A stretch of DNA of 64,000 nucleotides from an uncultured Gammaproteobacteria bacterium (GTDB lineage Bacteria; Patescibacteriota; Microgenomatia; Levybacterales; UBA12049): positions 21,234 through 85,233 of the forward strand of contig CAZWMJ010000001.1 in NCBI GenBank assembly GCA_964635045.1, given 5' to 3'. The position numbers were made by a program, and so were the translations under genes. The notes beneath the pieces are model-generated. The model saw nothing but the letters and a program-made list of their open reading frames with translations. It was not told the DNA's origin and ran no database searches. Within the stretch, counting starts at the first letter, position 1. Every line of letters begins with the position of its first letter. This document shows, in pieces, positions 28,520 through 37,480 of the stretch.

Positions 28520-29347
28520 ATGGATGAAATTAAATTGACAATTTTTGAAGGTAGGAAAATCCGCCGCCATTGGAATAAAAAAGCGGAGAAGTGGTATTTT
28601 TCAGTGGTGGATATTATTGCCGCGTTGACCAATAGCAGCAATCCGCAGGTTTATTGGCGCGTGTTAAAAAAACGCTTAATTGATGAAGGTTCGGGTGAAA
28701 CCGTTACAAAATGTAACGGTTTGAAAATGTTAGCTGCTGACGGCAAAATGCGCCTAACGGATGTAGCCGATACAGAGACAGTTTTTCGAATCATCCAGTC
28801 TATCCCTTCACCAAATGCCGAGCCGTTTAAGTTATGGCTCGCCCGCGTGGGATACGAGCGTGTAGAGGAAACTGAAGATCCGGAAAGGGCTATCAACCGG
28901 GCTATGCAAACCTATCTCAAGAAGGGTTATTCACGGGAATGGATCAACCAACGGCTTAAAAGTATTGAGATACGAAAAGGTCTGACTGACGAATGGGAAA
29001 AACGAGGAGCAAAGGAGGGATTGGAATTTGCAATTCTCACTGATGACATTACTTTTGCCTGGGCTGGTCTTACCACAAAACAGTATAAACGTCATAAAGG
29101 ATTAAAGATGCAAAGTTTGCGGGATAATATGACTAATCTTGAACTGGTTTTAAATATGCTGGCAGAAGTGAGTACAACAGAAATATCGCAAAAAGAAGAA
29201 CCAGACACTTTTGACAAAAACAGGAATGTTGCCCGGCGGGGTGGCGGTGTAGCGCGGGTAGCTCGAAGAAAAATAGAAACAGAAACCAAAAAGAAAGTCA
29301 TCAGCGGATCAAATTATCTTTCACAAGACAGGAAGAAATTAAAATAA
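28520..29347 (+). CDS. Bro-N domain protein (phage antirepressor-like)
   Basis: N-terminus IFEGRKIRRHWNKKAEKWYFSVVDIIAALTNSSNP matches the Bro-N pattern (FEG..IR....WF...D....L). The downstream block is AEPFKLWLARVGYERVEE. Confidence 0.55.
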   Translation: MDEIKLTIFEGRKIRRHWNKKAEKWYFSVVDIIAALTNSSNPQVYWRVLKKRLIDEGSGETVTKCNGLKMLAADGKMRLTDVADTETVFRIIQSIPSPNAEPFKLWLARVGYERVEETEDPERAINRAMQTYLKKGYSREWINQRLKSIEIRKGLTDEWEKRGAKEGLEFAILTDDITFAWAGLTTKQYKRHKGLKMQSLRDNMTNLELVLNMLAEVSTTEISQKEEPDTFDKNRNVARRGGGVARVARRKIETETKKKVISGSNYLSQDRKKLK

Positions 29348-29379
29348 ATGATTAAAATATAGAGGGGAGGTGAGGATAA

Positions 29380-29628
29380 ATGGCAGTATTTTTAGGGGTA
29401 CATAAATTTGAACCGGGCATGAGCGAAGATGATATCAGTAGTGGCTATGAGAAATACAAAGAAAGTGCCGTTGGGGCAGGATTAAAACCACTTGGGGCTA
29501 TAGTCAGCCTGGAAAAAGGATTTGCTTATTGTCAGACTGAAGCAGAATCTGCCCAGCAAGTCAGAGAAGCTCATCAAAAAGTAGAAATTCCTTTAGAAGA
29601 TGTAGTCGAGGTAAGACTTTTAAGTTAA
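29380..29628 (+). CDS. DUF4242-like small protein
   Basis: 82 aa reading VFLGVHKFEPGMSEDDISSGYEKYKE...FAYCQTEAESAQQVREAHQKVEIPLEDVVEV, which resembles DUF4242 (MDVH...F.C..EAP..E.V...H......D.I.EV). Strong SD GGGGAGGTGAGGA. Confidence 0.55.
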   Translation: MAVFLGVHKFEPGMSEDDISSGYEKYKESAVGAGLKPLGAIVSLEKGFAYCQTEAESAQQVREAHQKVEIPLEDVVEVRLLS

Positions 29629-29642
29629 GGAGAGCAACTGAC

Positions 29643-30002
29643 TTAAATTTTAGTTGCCTTGCCTTTAAAATCTTGCGGATTTTTGCCGGAAATAAAATTT
29701 GAAAGTTTTGTGTCAATCTCCTCATTAGGTAATCCTGAACTTAACATAAATACTCCTGCGCCATTTGTTTTAACTAATTTCTTAAATCCAAGGTCAAGGG
29801 TTACTACAAATAGCCCTTCTTGAGTTGCAAGTATATAAATCTGTTTATCTTCGGTTTCGGGTGCTAAATTAAAATCATGACGAATGTGTTTTACCGAAGC
29901 TTTTTTAATAAGTTTTTTAAAAACTTCTGGTTTGGCAAATGCGGAATCAAGGAGCAATCTAAATTTAGAGAATTTCTTAGCTTTAAGTTTTTTAGTTCGC
30001 AA
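29643..30002 (-). CDS. DUF5615-like (PIN-like/Mut7-C type) putative toxin
   Basis: FRLLLDSAF...HIRHDFNLAPETEDKQIYILATQEGLFVVTLDLGFKKLV resembles DUF5615. Overlaps the upstream DUF433 gene by 11 nt. The true start may be internal. Confidence 0.5.
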   Translation of the reverse strand: MRTKKLKAKKFSKFRLLLDSAFAKPEVFKKLIKKASVKHIRHDFNLAPETEDKQIYILATQEGLFVVTLDLGFKKLVKTNGAGVFMLSSGLPNEEIDTKLSNFISGKNPQDFKGKATKI

Positions 30003-30201
30003 GTTGAGTTTGGTAATAGGATAGAATATTCAAAATATCTTTTTTGGTCAGTTTTTTGAGATCTGGCAGTTCTCGCTTAATCTTGGTAAGAGTGTAGTCC
30101 ATTCCAATTAAAGCCAGTATTCGAGAAATGGGAATTCTGGTTCCACGAATTACAGGCTGACCTCCTAAAATTTTGGGGTTTGTTTGAATAATCTCTGGCA
30201 T
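29992..30201 (-). CDS. DUF433 domain protein (putative antitoxin)
   Basis: NPKILGGQPVIRGTRIPISRILALI is the DUF433 core. 69 aa. A reverse-strand promoter-like TTGACA-16-TATAGT lies just upstream, at about 30214-30243. Confidence 0.65.
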   Translation of the reverse strand: MPEIIQTNPKILGGQPVIRGTRIPISRILALIGMDYTLTKIKRELPDLKKLTKKDILNILSYYQTQLAN

Positions 30202-30259
30202 AGTATTTATATACTATAATACCCGGGGAATAATTGTCAAGCAAGACAAAAATTCTATC

Positions 30260-30288
30260 TTGAAGATTTAATTTTGATTTAATATACT
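30260..30288 (+). promoter_or_regulatory. promoter candidate TTGAAG-17-TATACT
   Basis: TTGAAG at 30260-30265, a 17-nt spacer, TATACT at 30283-30288. Lies about 60 nt upstream of the 30352 ORF. Confidence 0.5.
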
Positions 30289-30351
30289 TAAAGTATCCGC
30301 CTACGTCCGCCTTTGGCGTGACTACGGCGAGACGAGAGGGGAGGTGAGGAA

Positions 30352-30870
30352 ATGAATATTAAAAAATTGTTAATAGGAGGAGTGGCGAGCGCATTACTTT
30401 TTGGGGTCACAGTTGTGCCGGCTTTGGCAGCAGGTTTTGATCAGTTTGGCTACAACAGAACTGCCAGAAACTTTGTGGGGACTTGTTTAAGCTGGGGTAT
30501 GGGTAAATACGGCTGGACCGAGGCTCAAGCTCAAGCTTACTGCGGAGCTTACTCCAATGATAAACTGGTGATGAAATGGAATGCCGAATGGGACAGGGGA
30601 AATGCCGAGGGTTGGGCAAACGGTCCGTATGATGCCTGGATTGATAATGAGTGGAATGGCAGAAATAAGGGGTCAGGGGAAATCTGGCATTATAAAATAG
30701 CCTGGGACAGGGGATGCGCAGACTTTGGCACTCCCTCGGGAACGGCTGTCAAAGGAGGGGCCTATTGTATTTGGGGGCCTTTTGCCATGCTGGCTAGCCA
30801 GGGGTCAGGAGCGGATAATGCGCATTACTGGGATGTGCTGCTTGCGCCTGCCGGCTACGGGGGAAATTAA
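30352..30870 (+). CDS. secreted Trp-rich hypothetical protein
   Basis: Signal peptide MNIKKLLIGGVASALLFGVTVVPALAAG. The mature part has 11 Trp and 4 Cys. Strong SD GGGGAGGTGAGGA. Visibly more GC-rich than its flanks. Confidence 0.6.
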   Translation: MNIKKLLIGGVASALLFGVTVVPALAAGFDQFGYNRTARNFVGTCLSWGMGKYGWTEAQAQAYCGAYSNDKLVMKWNAEWDRGNAEGWANGPYDAWIDNEWNGRNKGSGEIWHYKIAWDRGCADFGTPSGTAVKGGAYCIWGPFAMLASQGSGADNAHYWDVLLAPAGYGGN

Positions 30871-30926
30871 AACGTAAACCCATTTAGGGATTTTGGGAAC
30901 TTTTTGAGTTAAGTCCTAGACGTATA

Positions 30927-30955
30927 TTGCATTTTGCCACCACTCGTTATATAAT
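30927..30955 (+). promoter_or_regulatory. promoter TTGCAT-17-TATAAT for the rplC-led operon
   Basis: TTGCAT at 30927-30932, a 17-nt spacer, TATAAT at 30950-30955. Lies 120 nt upstream of rplC. Confidence 0.6.
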
Positions 30956-31037
30956 TACAAATAACGCCATGATAAAGCGATTGGAGGTGTTTTTGGCTAC
31001 ATAGCGCAAAATGTTTTGGGAGGTTGCCTTAAACTTA

Positions 31038-31063
31038 AGCGACTGTATGTAGTCGCTTTTTTG
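31038..31063 (+). terminator. terminator-like hairpin plus T-tract in the rplC leader (attenuator candidate)
   Basis: AGCGACT-GTATGT-AGTCGCT followed by TTTTTT. It sits downstream of the promoter and ends 12 nt before the rplC ATG. Confidence 0.45.
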
Positions 31064-31074
31064 GTTTTTATCAT

Positions 31075-31794
31075 ATGAATATATTATTTGGAAAAAAAAT
31101 TGATCAATCACAGGTGTTTTTGGAAAATGGGGACAGGATTCCCGTTACGAGGATTGAGATTTCAGGCAATACCGTAATAGCTCATAAAACCAGAGAAAAG
31201 GATGGATATTTTGCGCTTAAGCTTGGTATTGGCATTAGAAAGCATCCAAATAGTTCACTTAGAGGAGAGATGAAGGGGGCAAACTTACAAGCAGCCCCTC
31301 GTTTTTTAAGAGAGGCCCCCCTTAGCGATGATGAAGCAAAAGATCTGCCAGCGCTTGGTACGGTGATTAAAGCTCAAGACGCCTTTAAGCCGGGCGATAT
31401 AATTGACGCAGTGGCAATATCAAAAGGAAAAGGTTTTGCCGGAGTTGTGAAAAGACATCATTTCAAGGGAGGTCCAAGAACACACGGACAATCAGACAGG
31501 GAAAGAGCGCCGGGAAGCATTGGTCAAACAACCACGCCGGGCAGAGTCTATAAAGGAAAACGCATGGCGGGAAGAATGGGACAGGGGCGTTCTACAATTA
31601 AGAATCTGCGGGTGGTAGAGGTTTCCGATGAGCAAATTTTGGTGAAAGGTCTTGTCCCGGGATCTAAAAACAGTTTGGTTATGATCAAAAAGGCGGGAGA
31701 AGACAAAAAGTTCGTGCCGATTTATCAGAAACAGGTAGAAAATATAGAACAAGTAGAAAAAGTAGAAGAGGAGGAAAAACAAAATGCCGGTTAA
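31075..31794 (+). CDS. rplC: 50S ribosomal protein L3
   Basis: FKGGPRTHGQSDRERAPGSIGQTTTPGRVYKGKRMAGRMG block. Operon order. Confidence 0.97.
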   Translation: MNILFGKKIDQSQVFLENGDRIPVTRIEISGNTVIAHKTREKDGYFALKLGIGIRKHPNSSLRGEMKGANLQAAPRFLREAPLSDDEAKDLPALGTVIKAQDAFKPGDIIDAVAISKGKGFAGVVKRHHFKGGPRTHGQSDRERAPGSIGQTTTPGRVYKGKRMAGRMGQGRSTIKNLRVVEVSDEQILVKGLVPGSKNSLVMIKKAGEDKKFVPIYQKQVENIEQVEKVEEEEKQNAG

Positions 31795-32497
31795 AAAGTT
31801 AAAAGTTAAGAAAAAAACTACAAAAAAAACCGTTAAAAAGATAGACGGTTTGGCAATAGATGTCTATAATGTGAAAGGAAAGATTATTGATAAAATTTCA
31901 TTGCCCAAAGAAATTTTTGCCGCGAAAATAAATCCCATTTTAATGGCTCAGGCAGTGAGAGTTTATTTGGCAAATCATCGGGCGGGAAGCGCCTCCACCA
32001 AGACCCGCGGAGAAGTAAAAGGTTCAACACGAAAAATCTATCGACAAAAGGGGACAGGCAGAGCAAGACATGGAGGTATTAGAGCGCCAATTTTTGTCGG
32101 TGGCGGGGTTGTATCCGGGCCAACTCCCCAAGACTATTCATTAAAACTTCCCAAAAAAATGAAGCGGGCTGCTCTTTTCTCAGCTATTTCTGAAAAGACG
32201 CGAGATAAAGCAATAATAGTTATTGACGGTTTGGAAAAGATACTGCCTAAAACCAAATCATTTGTGGAAGTTTTGCATAATGTAAATCTTAACGGCGGGA
32301 AAAAGATTTTATTAATATTGCCAAAATCTGAAGACAAGGAAGTTGAAAATGTTAAGAGAGCATCCAGAAACATTGAAAGATTGACAACAACTTTAGCCGG
32401 CTTACTTAATACATACGACGTATTAAATAATAGCGCGCTTCTGCTGATGAAGGAATCAATACCTGTTTTACAAAAAACATTTTTGCCAAAGCAGTAA
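31784..32497 (+). CDS. rplD: 50S ribosomal protein L4
   Basis: YRQKGTGRARHGGIRAPIFVGGGVVSGP block. Operon order. Confidence 0.96.
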   Translation: MPVKKLKVKKKTTKKTVKKIDGLAIDVYNVKGKIIDKISLPKEIFAAKINPILMAQAVRVYLANHRAGSASTKTRGEVKGSTRKIYRQKGTGRARHGGIRAPIFVGGGVVSGPTPQDYSLKLPKKMKRAALFSAISEKTRDKAIIVIDGLEKILPKTKSFVEVLHNVNLNGGKKILLILPKSEDKEVENVKRASRNIERLTTTLAGLLNTYDVLNNSALLLMKESIPVLQKTFLPKQ

Positions 32498-32504
32498 TTA
32501 TATT

Positions 32505-32798
32505 ATGAACGCATACGATATTATCATCAGGCCTATTATTACTGAAAAATCTATGAATCAGGCGGGACTGGGAAAGTTTACTTTTGAGGTGGCAAAGCCG
32601 GCAGATAAAAAAAATATTAAACAGGCGATTGAAGAAAAATTTAAAGTGACTGTCATATCGGTTGCCACAAATATAGTTAAGGGTAAAACTGCCAGAGTGG
32701 GCAAAAGACGAGCGGAGATTACAAAATCTTCATGGAAGAAAGCGGTGGTTGGTTTAGCTAAGGGTCAAAAGATTGATCTTTTTGAGCAAGGAGCGTGA
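32505..32798 (+). CDS. rplW: 50S ribosomal protein L23
   Basis: 97 aa reading YDIIIRPIITEKS...FEVAKPADKKNIKQAIEEKFKV. Operon order. Confidence 0.96.
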   Translation: MNAYDIIIRPIITEKSMNQAGLGKFTFEVAKPADKKNIKQAIEEKFKVTVISVATNIVKGKTARVGKRRAEITKSSWKKAVVGLAKGQKIDLFEQGA

Positions 32799-32801
32799 GC
32801 A

Positions 32802-33542
32802 ATGAGCAAATTAAAAATTATTAAGAAAAAACATTCAGGGAGAGATACCACCGGCAAGGTGTCGGTTCGACATCAGGGAGGAGAACATAAGAGATATTTT
32901 CGAGTGATTGATTTTAAGCGCGATAAGGTGGGCGTTGTGGGAAAAGTTGTGTCTATTGAATACGATCCAAATAGAACAGCGGATATCGCTCTTATTCAAT
33001 ATGCCGATGGAGAAAAACGATATATCCTGCGTCCCGAGGGATTAAATTTAGATAATACTGTTGTTTCCGGGAAAGATGCCGAAGTGAAAGTAGGCAATGC
33101 CCTGCCTCTATCGCAGTTGCCAATTGGAACTGTTGTTCATAATATTGAGTTAATACCGGGACATGGGGCGAAGTATGCTCGTTCGGCTGGTGGAGCAGCG
33201 GTGATTGCCGCCAAGGAAGGCTTGTTTGCTCATATAAAGCTTCCGTCAGGAGAGGTTAGAAAGGTAAGACTGTTGTGTTTTGCAACCATTGGTCAGTTGG
33301 GAAACGTGGAGTGGAAAAATGAAGTGATAGGAAGCGCCGGGCGAAAAATACATATGGGTATAAGACCTACAGTTAGGGGTGTTGCTCAAAATCCGAGATC
33401 TCATCCTCATGGAGGAGGAGAAGCAAGATCGGGCATTGGTATGAAATCGCCAAAAACGTTTGCGGGGAGAATTGCGGTAGGAAATACCAGAAAAAAAGGA
33501 AAATATTCGGATAAATATATTCTGCAAAGGAGGAAAAAATAA
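32802..33542 (+). CDS. rplB: 50S ribosomal protein L2 (short N-terminus)
   Basis: RHQGGEHKRYFRVIDFKR, IEYDPNRTADIALIQYADGEKRYIL and NPRSHPHGGGEARSG blocks. 246 aa. Confidence 0.97.
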   Translation: MSKLKIIKKKHSGRDTTGKVSVRHQGGEHKRYFRVIDFKRDKVGVVGKVVSIEYDPNRTADIALIQYADGEKRYILRPEGLNLDNTVVSGKDAEVKVGNALPLSQLPIGTVVHNIELIPGHGAKYARSAGGAAVIAAKEGLFAHIKLPSGEVRKVRLLCFATIGQLGNVEWKNEVIGSAGRKIHMGIRPTVRGVAQNPRSHPHGGGEARSGIGMKSPKTFAGRIAVGNTRKKGKYSDKYILQRRKK

Positions 33543-33827
33543 ATGGGCAGATCATTGAAAAAAGGGCCATATATAGACAAAAAATTGCTGCAAAAAGTTT
33601 TGCGTCAAAAACAGACCGGTGAGAAACTGGCTATCAAAACATGGGCAAGATCAAGTCAAATTCCGCCTGATTTTGTCGGACATACATTTTTAGTTCACAA
33701 TGGTAAAACTTTCGTTAATGTATATATTCAGGAGGGAATGGTGGGTTATAGACTGGGTGAGTTTTCTCCGACTAGGACATTTAGAGCGCATGGAAGAGTG
33801 GTGGCAAGGGAGATATCAAAAACTTAA
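33543..33827 (+). CDS. rpsS: 30S ribosomal protein S19
   Basis: [15 protein letters not shown]...[16 protein letters not shown]. Confidence 0.97.
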   Translation: MGRSLKKGPYIDKKLLQKVLRQKQTGEKLAIKTWARSSQIPPDFVGHTFLVHNGKTFVNVYIQEGMVGYRLGEFSPTRTFRAHGRVVAREISKT

Positions 33828-33832
33828 AACAT

Positions 33833-34168
33833 ATGGAAATTATAGCATTATCAAAATCTGTCAGAATCAGTCCCAGAAAAATTCGCCTGATTGCCGATGT
33901 CATACGAAGTAAAAAGGCTGATGCGGCATTAAAGGCATTAGCGCTTATTAAAAAGAGGGCGGCAGAGCCACTTCAAAAAACTCTAAAAAGCGCGATTGCC
34001 AATGCAGTCAATAATGCCAAGCTTAATTTAGAAGCGTTAACGATCAAAAGAATCGATGTGACAGAGGGAGAAGCATTGAAACGGTATCATCCATCAAGCA
34101 GAGGAAGAACCCACCCGTATAAAAAAAGGAGCAGTCACATTAGAATAGTATTGGAGGAGAAGAACTAA
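33833..34168 (+). CDS. rplV: 50S ribosomal protein L22
   Basis: VRISPRKIRLIADVIRSKKADAALKAL. Operon order. Confidence 0.96.
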   Translation: MEIIALSKSVRISPRKIRLIADVIRSKKADAALKALALIKKRAAEPLQKTLKSAIANAVNNAKLNLEALTIKRIDVTEGEALKRYHPSSRGRTHPYKKRSSHIRIVLEEKN

Positions 34169-34169
34169 T

Positions 34170-34829
34170 ATGGGACAAAAAGTTAATCCGAGAATTTTTA
34201 GACTGGGAATGCTTAATAGCTGGACCAGTCGTTGGTTTGAAGATAAACGATATAAAGAAATTGTGCTGGAAGATTATAAGATACGAAATACTCTGATGGA
34301 AAAACTAAAATTTGCCGGAGTTTCCAGAATTGAAATTGAACGTTCAATTAATAGTCTAAAGATTACAGCATATGTTTCAAGGCCGGGTATTGTTATTGGC
34401 AGGGGAGGAACCGGTTTGGAAGATCTGCAGAAATTTTTATTGCTCTTTATTGCAAATTCTTCCCCAAAGTTCAAACAGAGTAAAAGCGCGCCAAAGATAG
34501 ATATTAGAGTAGAGCCAATAAAGGAGCCAAACCTCGATGCCTATCTGGTGGCAAAAAATATTGGGGATCAGCTTATCAAGCGCCTTCCGCACAAAAGGGT
34601 TTTGAGACAAGCTGCGGAAAGAACTATGATGTCGGGAGCAAAAGGAGTAAGAATTGTTTTATCGGGAAGAATTGCGGGAGCAGAAATTAGCAGACGAGAA
34701 AAAGTTCAGCAAGGCACAGTTCCCTTATCAACCATTAGAGAGCAAGTTAACTATGCCAGCGTTCCGGCGCTGACTAAGAAGGGTTATGTGGGAGTTAAAG
34801 TATGGGTTAATAGAAAGGAAGGTAAATAA
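34170..34829 (+). CDS. rpsC: 30S ribosomal protein S3
   Basis: [15 protein letters not shown]-domain block, [13 protein letters not shown]. Confidence 0.97.
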   Translation: MGQKVNPRIFRLGMLNSWTSRWFEDKRYKEIVLEDYKIRNTLMEKLKFAGVSRIEIERSINSLKITAYVSRPGIVIGRGGTGLEDLQKFLLLFIANSSPKFKQSKSAPKIDIRVEPIKEPNLDAYLVAKNIGDQLIKRLPHKRVLRQAAERTMMSGAKGVRIVLSGRIAGAEISRREKVQQGTVPLSTIREQVNYASVPALTKKGYVGVKVWVNRKEGK

Positions 34830-35233
34830 TGTTAGTTCCGAAACGGGCCAAATACCGAAAAATGCAAAGAGGAAAAATGAAGGGCAGTGCCCATGCGGGG
34901 ACACGTATTTCTTTTGGCGAGTTCGGTCTGTTAGCTACTGGTTCCGGCTGGGTAACAAGTAGGCAGATTGAAGCGGCAAGACGTACTATTACTCATTATA
35001 CCCAAAGAGGCGGAAGGCTGTGGATACGTATTTTTCCGGACAAGCCTATTACTAAAAAGCCGGCGGAAACAAGGATGGGAAGCGGAAAAGGAGATGTTTA
35101 TGAATACGTTGCCACGGTAAAATCCGGTCGAATGTTATTTGAAATGGGTGGAGTGACAAAAGAAATTGCGAATTCAGCATTAAGACTGGCAGCATATAAA
35201 TTGCCTTTGAAAACTAAAATTATTGAAAAATAA
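34829..35233 (+). CDS. rplP: 50S ribosomal protein L16
   Basis: [19 protein letters not shown]...[22 protein letters not shown]. Confidence 0.97.
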   Translation: MLVPKRAKYRKMQRGKMKGSAHAGTRISFGEFGLLATGSGWVTSRQIEAARRTITHYTQRGGRLWIRIFPDKPITKKPAETRMGSGKGDVYEYVATVKSGRMLFEMGGVTKEIANSALRLAAYKLPLKTKIIEK

Positions 35234-35238
35234 ATCTT

Positions 35239-35454
35239 ATGAAAACAAAAATAAAAAAAGAATTTTATGCAAAAACAATACCTGAGTTGAGAGTAACGCT
35301 TAAAGAAGCAAAAGATGTAATTTTTTCTTTACGGTTGGAAAAGGCGCAAAAAAAATTAAAAAACTTAAGAGCTATTTTTAATAAACGGAAGGAAATGGCG
35401 GTAATAAAAACATTTATTAGAGGAAAGGAATTGGCAGATGTCAAAAATACTTGA
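35239..35454 (+). CDS. rpmC: 50S ribosomal protein L29
   Basis: 71 aa reading ELRVTLKEAKDVIFSLRLEKAQKKLKN. Operon order. Confidence 0.93.
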   Translation: MKTKIKKEFYAKTIPELRVTLKEAKDVIFSLRLEKAQKKLKNLRAIFNKRKEMAVIKTFIRGKELADVKNT

Positions 35455-35680
35455 GGGTGTGGTGGTATCATTGGGTACGCCAAAAACGGCGGTGGTTGAA
35501 GTGACTCGAATAGTCCGCCACCCATTTTATAAAAAACTTATGAGGAAAAGTAAGCGCATAAAAGCTGACACTCAAGCTTTAAAAATTGCGATGGGTGATT
35601 TTGTAAAAATTGTGGAAACAAGACCAATATCGCGAGAGAAACATTTCAAAATTATGGAGGTAAAAAATGATTCAACATAG
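35438..35680 (+). CDS. rpsQ: 30S ribosomal protein S17
   Basis: [29 protein letters not shown]...[15 protein letters not shown]. Confidence 0.95.
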   Translation: MSKILEGVVVSLGTPKTAVVEVTRIVRHPFYKKLMRKSKRIKADTQALKIAMGDFVKIVETRPISREKHFKIMEVKNDST

Positions 35681-36041
35681 AAGCATTTTAAATGCGGCTG
35701 ATAATAGCGGCGCAAAGTCACTTAGAGTTATTCATATTTTTGGAGGATCGAAACGACGTTTTGGGTATCTTGGCGATATACTTAATTGCGTGGTTTTGCA
35801 GGCATCCCCGGTGGGACAGGTTAAAGACAGCGAGATTGTCAAAGCTGTTTTGGTGAGAGTAAAAAAAGAACATGGGAGAAAGGACGGATCATATGTTAGA
35901 TTTTCAGACAATGCTGCGGTTTTGATTGACAATGCTAAAGATAAAAATCCCAGAGGAAGCAGAATTTTTGGACCGATTGCAAAAGAAATAAAAGAGAAAG
36001 GATTTGCCAAAATAGCCAGTATGGCGGTGGAGGTTGTATGA
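35667..36041 (+). CDS. rplN: 50S ribosomal protein L14
   Basis: [17 protein letters not shown]...[14 protein letters not shown]. Confidence 0.97.
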   Translation: MIQHRSILNAADNSGAKSLRVIHIFGGSKRRFGYLGDILNCVVLQASPVGQVKDSEIVKAVLVRVKKEHGRKDGSYVRFSDNAAVLIDNAKDKNPRGSRIFGPIAKEIKEKGFAKIASMAVEVV

Positions 36042-36343
36042 AATTTAAAAAAGGCGACGAAGTAAAAGTAATTATGGGTAAAGATAAAGGAAAAACAGGA
36101 AAAATTGATAAGGTTTTTCCCAAACAAAATAAAGTGCTAATTTTAGGTGTTAATCAATACAAAAGACATTTAAAGGCAAGGTCGCAAAATCAGGCATCGG
36201 AGATTGTCACGATTACAAAACCGATACCTCTTCCCAATATTGTACTGGTTTGTCCAAAATGTCATCTTCCAACTCGAATTGGATTAGTGTTAAAAGAGAA
36301 TAAAAAGAAAAGAATTTGCAAAAAGTGCCAGCAAGATATTTAA
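36038..36343 (+). CDS. rplX: 50S ribosomal protein L24 (C-terminal CxxC..CxxC)
   Basis: [26 protein letters not shown] motif. The C-terminal half contains [11 protein letters not shown]...ICKKCQQ. Confidence 0.95.
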   Translation: MKFKKGDEVKVIMGKDKGKTGKIDKVFPKQNKVLILGVNQYKRHLKARSQNQASEIVTITKPIPLPNIVLVCPKCHLPTRIGLVLKENKKKRICKKCQQDI

Positions 36344-36344
36344 T

Positions 36345-36887
36345 ATGACAGATTTAAGAAAAAGATTTAAAGAGGAAATTTTGCCAAAGTTGCAAAAGGA
36401 ATTAAATATTAAAAATCCTATGAGGGTGCCGAGGCTTTCTAAAATTATGGTTAATATGGGAATAAAAGATGCGTTGACGGACAAGAAAAATCTTGAGCAG
36501 GCAAGTATTTTATTGACACAGATTGCAGGACAAAAACCAAAAGTGACAAAGGCCAAAAAATCAATCGCAACTTTTAAGTTGAGAGAAGGTGATAAAATTG
36601 GTTTGGTAGTGACCATCAGAGGGAAACGTATGTATGATTTCTTTGCCAAAATTGTGACAATCGTATTGCCAAGATTGCGTGATTTTCATGGTGTAAACAG
36701 AAATAGTTTTGACAAAAGAGGTAATTATTCCATCGGTTTTTACGAACATACTGTTTTTCCGGAAATTGATTCCGGTAAAGGCGAAAAGGTGAGAAGTGTT
36801 GAAGTGACAATTGTGACAACTGCGGAAGATGACAAGGGGGGATTTGCGTTGCTTGAAGGATTAGGAATGTCCTTCAAAAAGGAGTAA
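36345..36887 (+). CDS. rplE: 50S ribosomal protein L5
   Basis: [14 protein letters not shown]...[30 protein letters not shown]. Confidence 0.97.
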   Translation: MTDLRKRFKEEILPKLQKELNIKNPMRVPRLSKIMVNMGIKDALTDKKNLEQASILLTQIAGQKPKVTKAKKSIATFKLREGDKIGLVVTIRGKRMYDFFAKIVTIVLPRLRDFHGVNRNSFDKRGNYSIGFYEHTVFPEIDSGKGEKVRSVEVTIVTTAEDDKGGFALLEGLGMSFKKE

Positions 36888-36891
36888 AAAT

Positions 36892-37077
36892 ATGGCTAAA
36901 GTTTCAGATGTTGTAAAATTTAAGAGGAAACAAAAATATAAGGTCCGGATGAAAAACAGATGTAATATTTGTGGAAGAACCAGAAGTTATATTCGTAAAT
37001 TCGGACTCTGCAGAATATGTTTTAGAATACTTGTTATGAAAGGAGAGCTGCCGGGAGTGCTTAAGGCGAGCTGGTAG
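36892..37077 (+). CDS. rpsN: 30S ribosomal protein S14, zinc-binding type Z
   Basis: 61 aa containing [22 protein letters not shown]. Confidence 0.96.
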   Translation: MAKVSDVVKFKRKQKYKVRMKNRCNICGRTRSYIRKFGLCRICFRILVMKGELPGVLKASW

Positions 37078-37086
37078 TATAAATAT

Positions 37087-37473
37087 ATGTATCAAGTATC
37101 TGATTTTGTAATAAGCATAAAAAACGCCTGTTTGGCCAGGAGAAAAAAGGTGATTTTTCCTTATTCTAATTTGCAAAAAGCGATTGGAAAAGTTTTGGTG
37201 AAAGAGGGTTTTTTGGAAGAAGTAAAGATTGATGAAATTTCGGGGAAAAAAGTTTTGACGGTAGTAATAAAATACCGGAAAAGAAAACCGGTTTTCACCG
37301 ATGTTTCCCTTGTTTCAAAGCCATCTCTGAGAGTTTATATCAGAAACAAGAATATGGGGAGGGAAAATAGAAACGGCACTATTTCTATAGTTTCAACAAA
37401 TAAAGGAATTATAACCGCCGGAGAAGCTCATAAAGAAAATATAGGAGGAGAATTACTTTTTAGGATTTGGTAG
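37087..37473 (+). CDS. rpsH: 30S ribosomal protein S8
   Basis: DFVISIKNACLARRKKV...ISIVSTNKGIITAGEA. Operon order. Confidence 0.96.
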   Translation: MYQVSDFVISIKNACLARRKKVIFPYSNLQKAIGKVLVKEGFLEEVKIDEISGKKVLTVVIKYRKRKPVFTDVSLVSKPSLRVYIRNKNMGRENRNGTISIVSTNKGIITAGEAHKENIGGELLFRIW

Positions 37474-37480
37474 GAAGAAT

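Noticed and set aside
29361-29376. Identical 16-mer AGAGGGGAGGTGAGGA upstream of two accessory genes (also at 30335-30350), considered as a repeat element
   Set aside because: GGAGGTGA is the extended complement of the 16S rRNA 3' end, and both copies sit 3-5 nt before an ATG. The simplest explanation is two very strong Shine-Dalgarno sites, not a mobile repeat.
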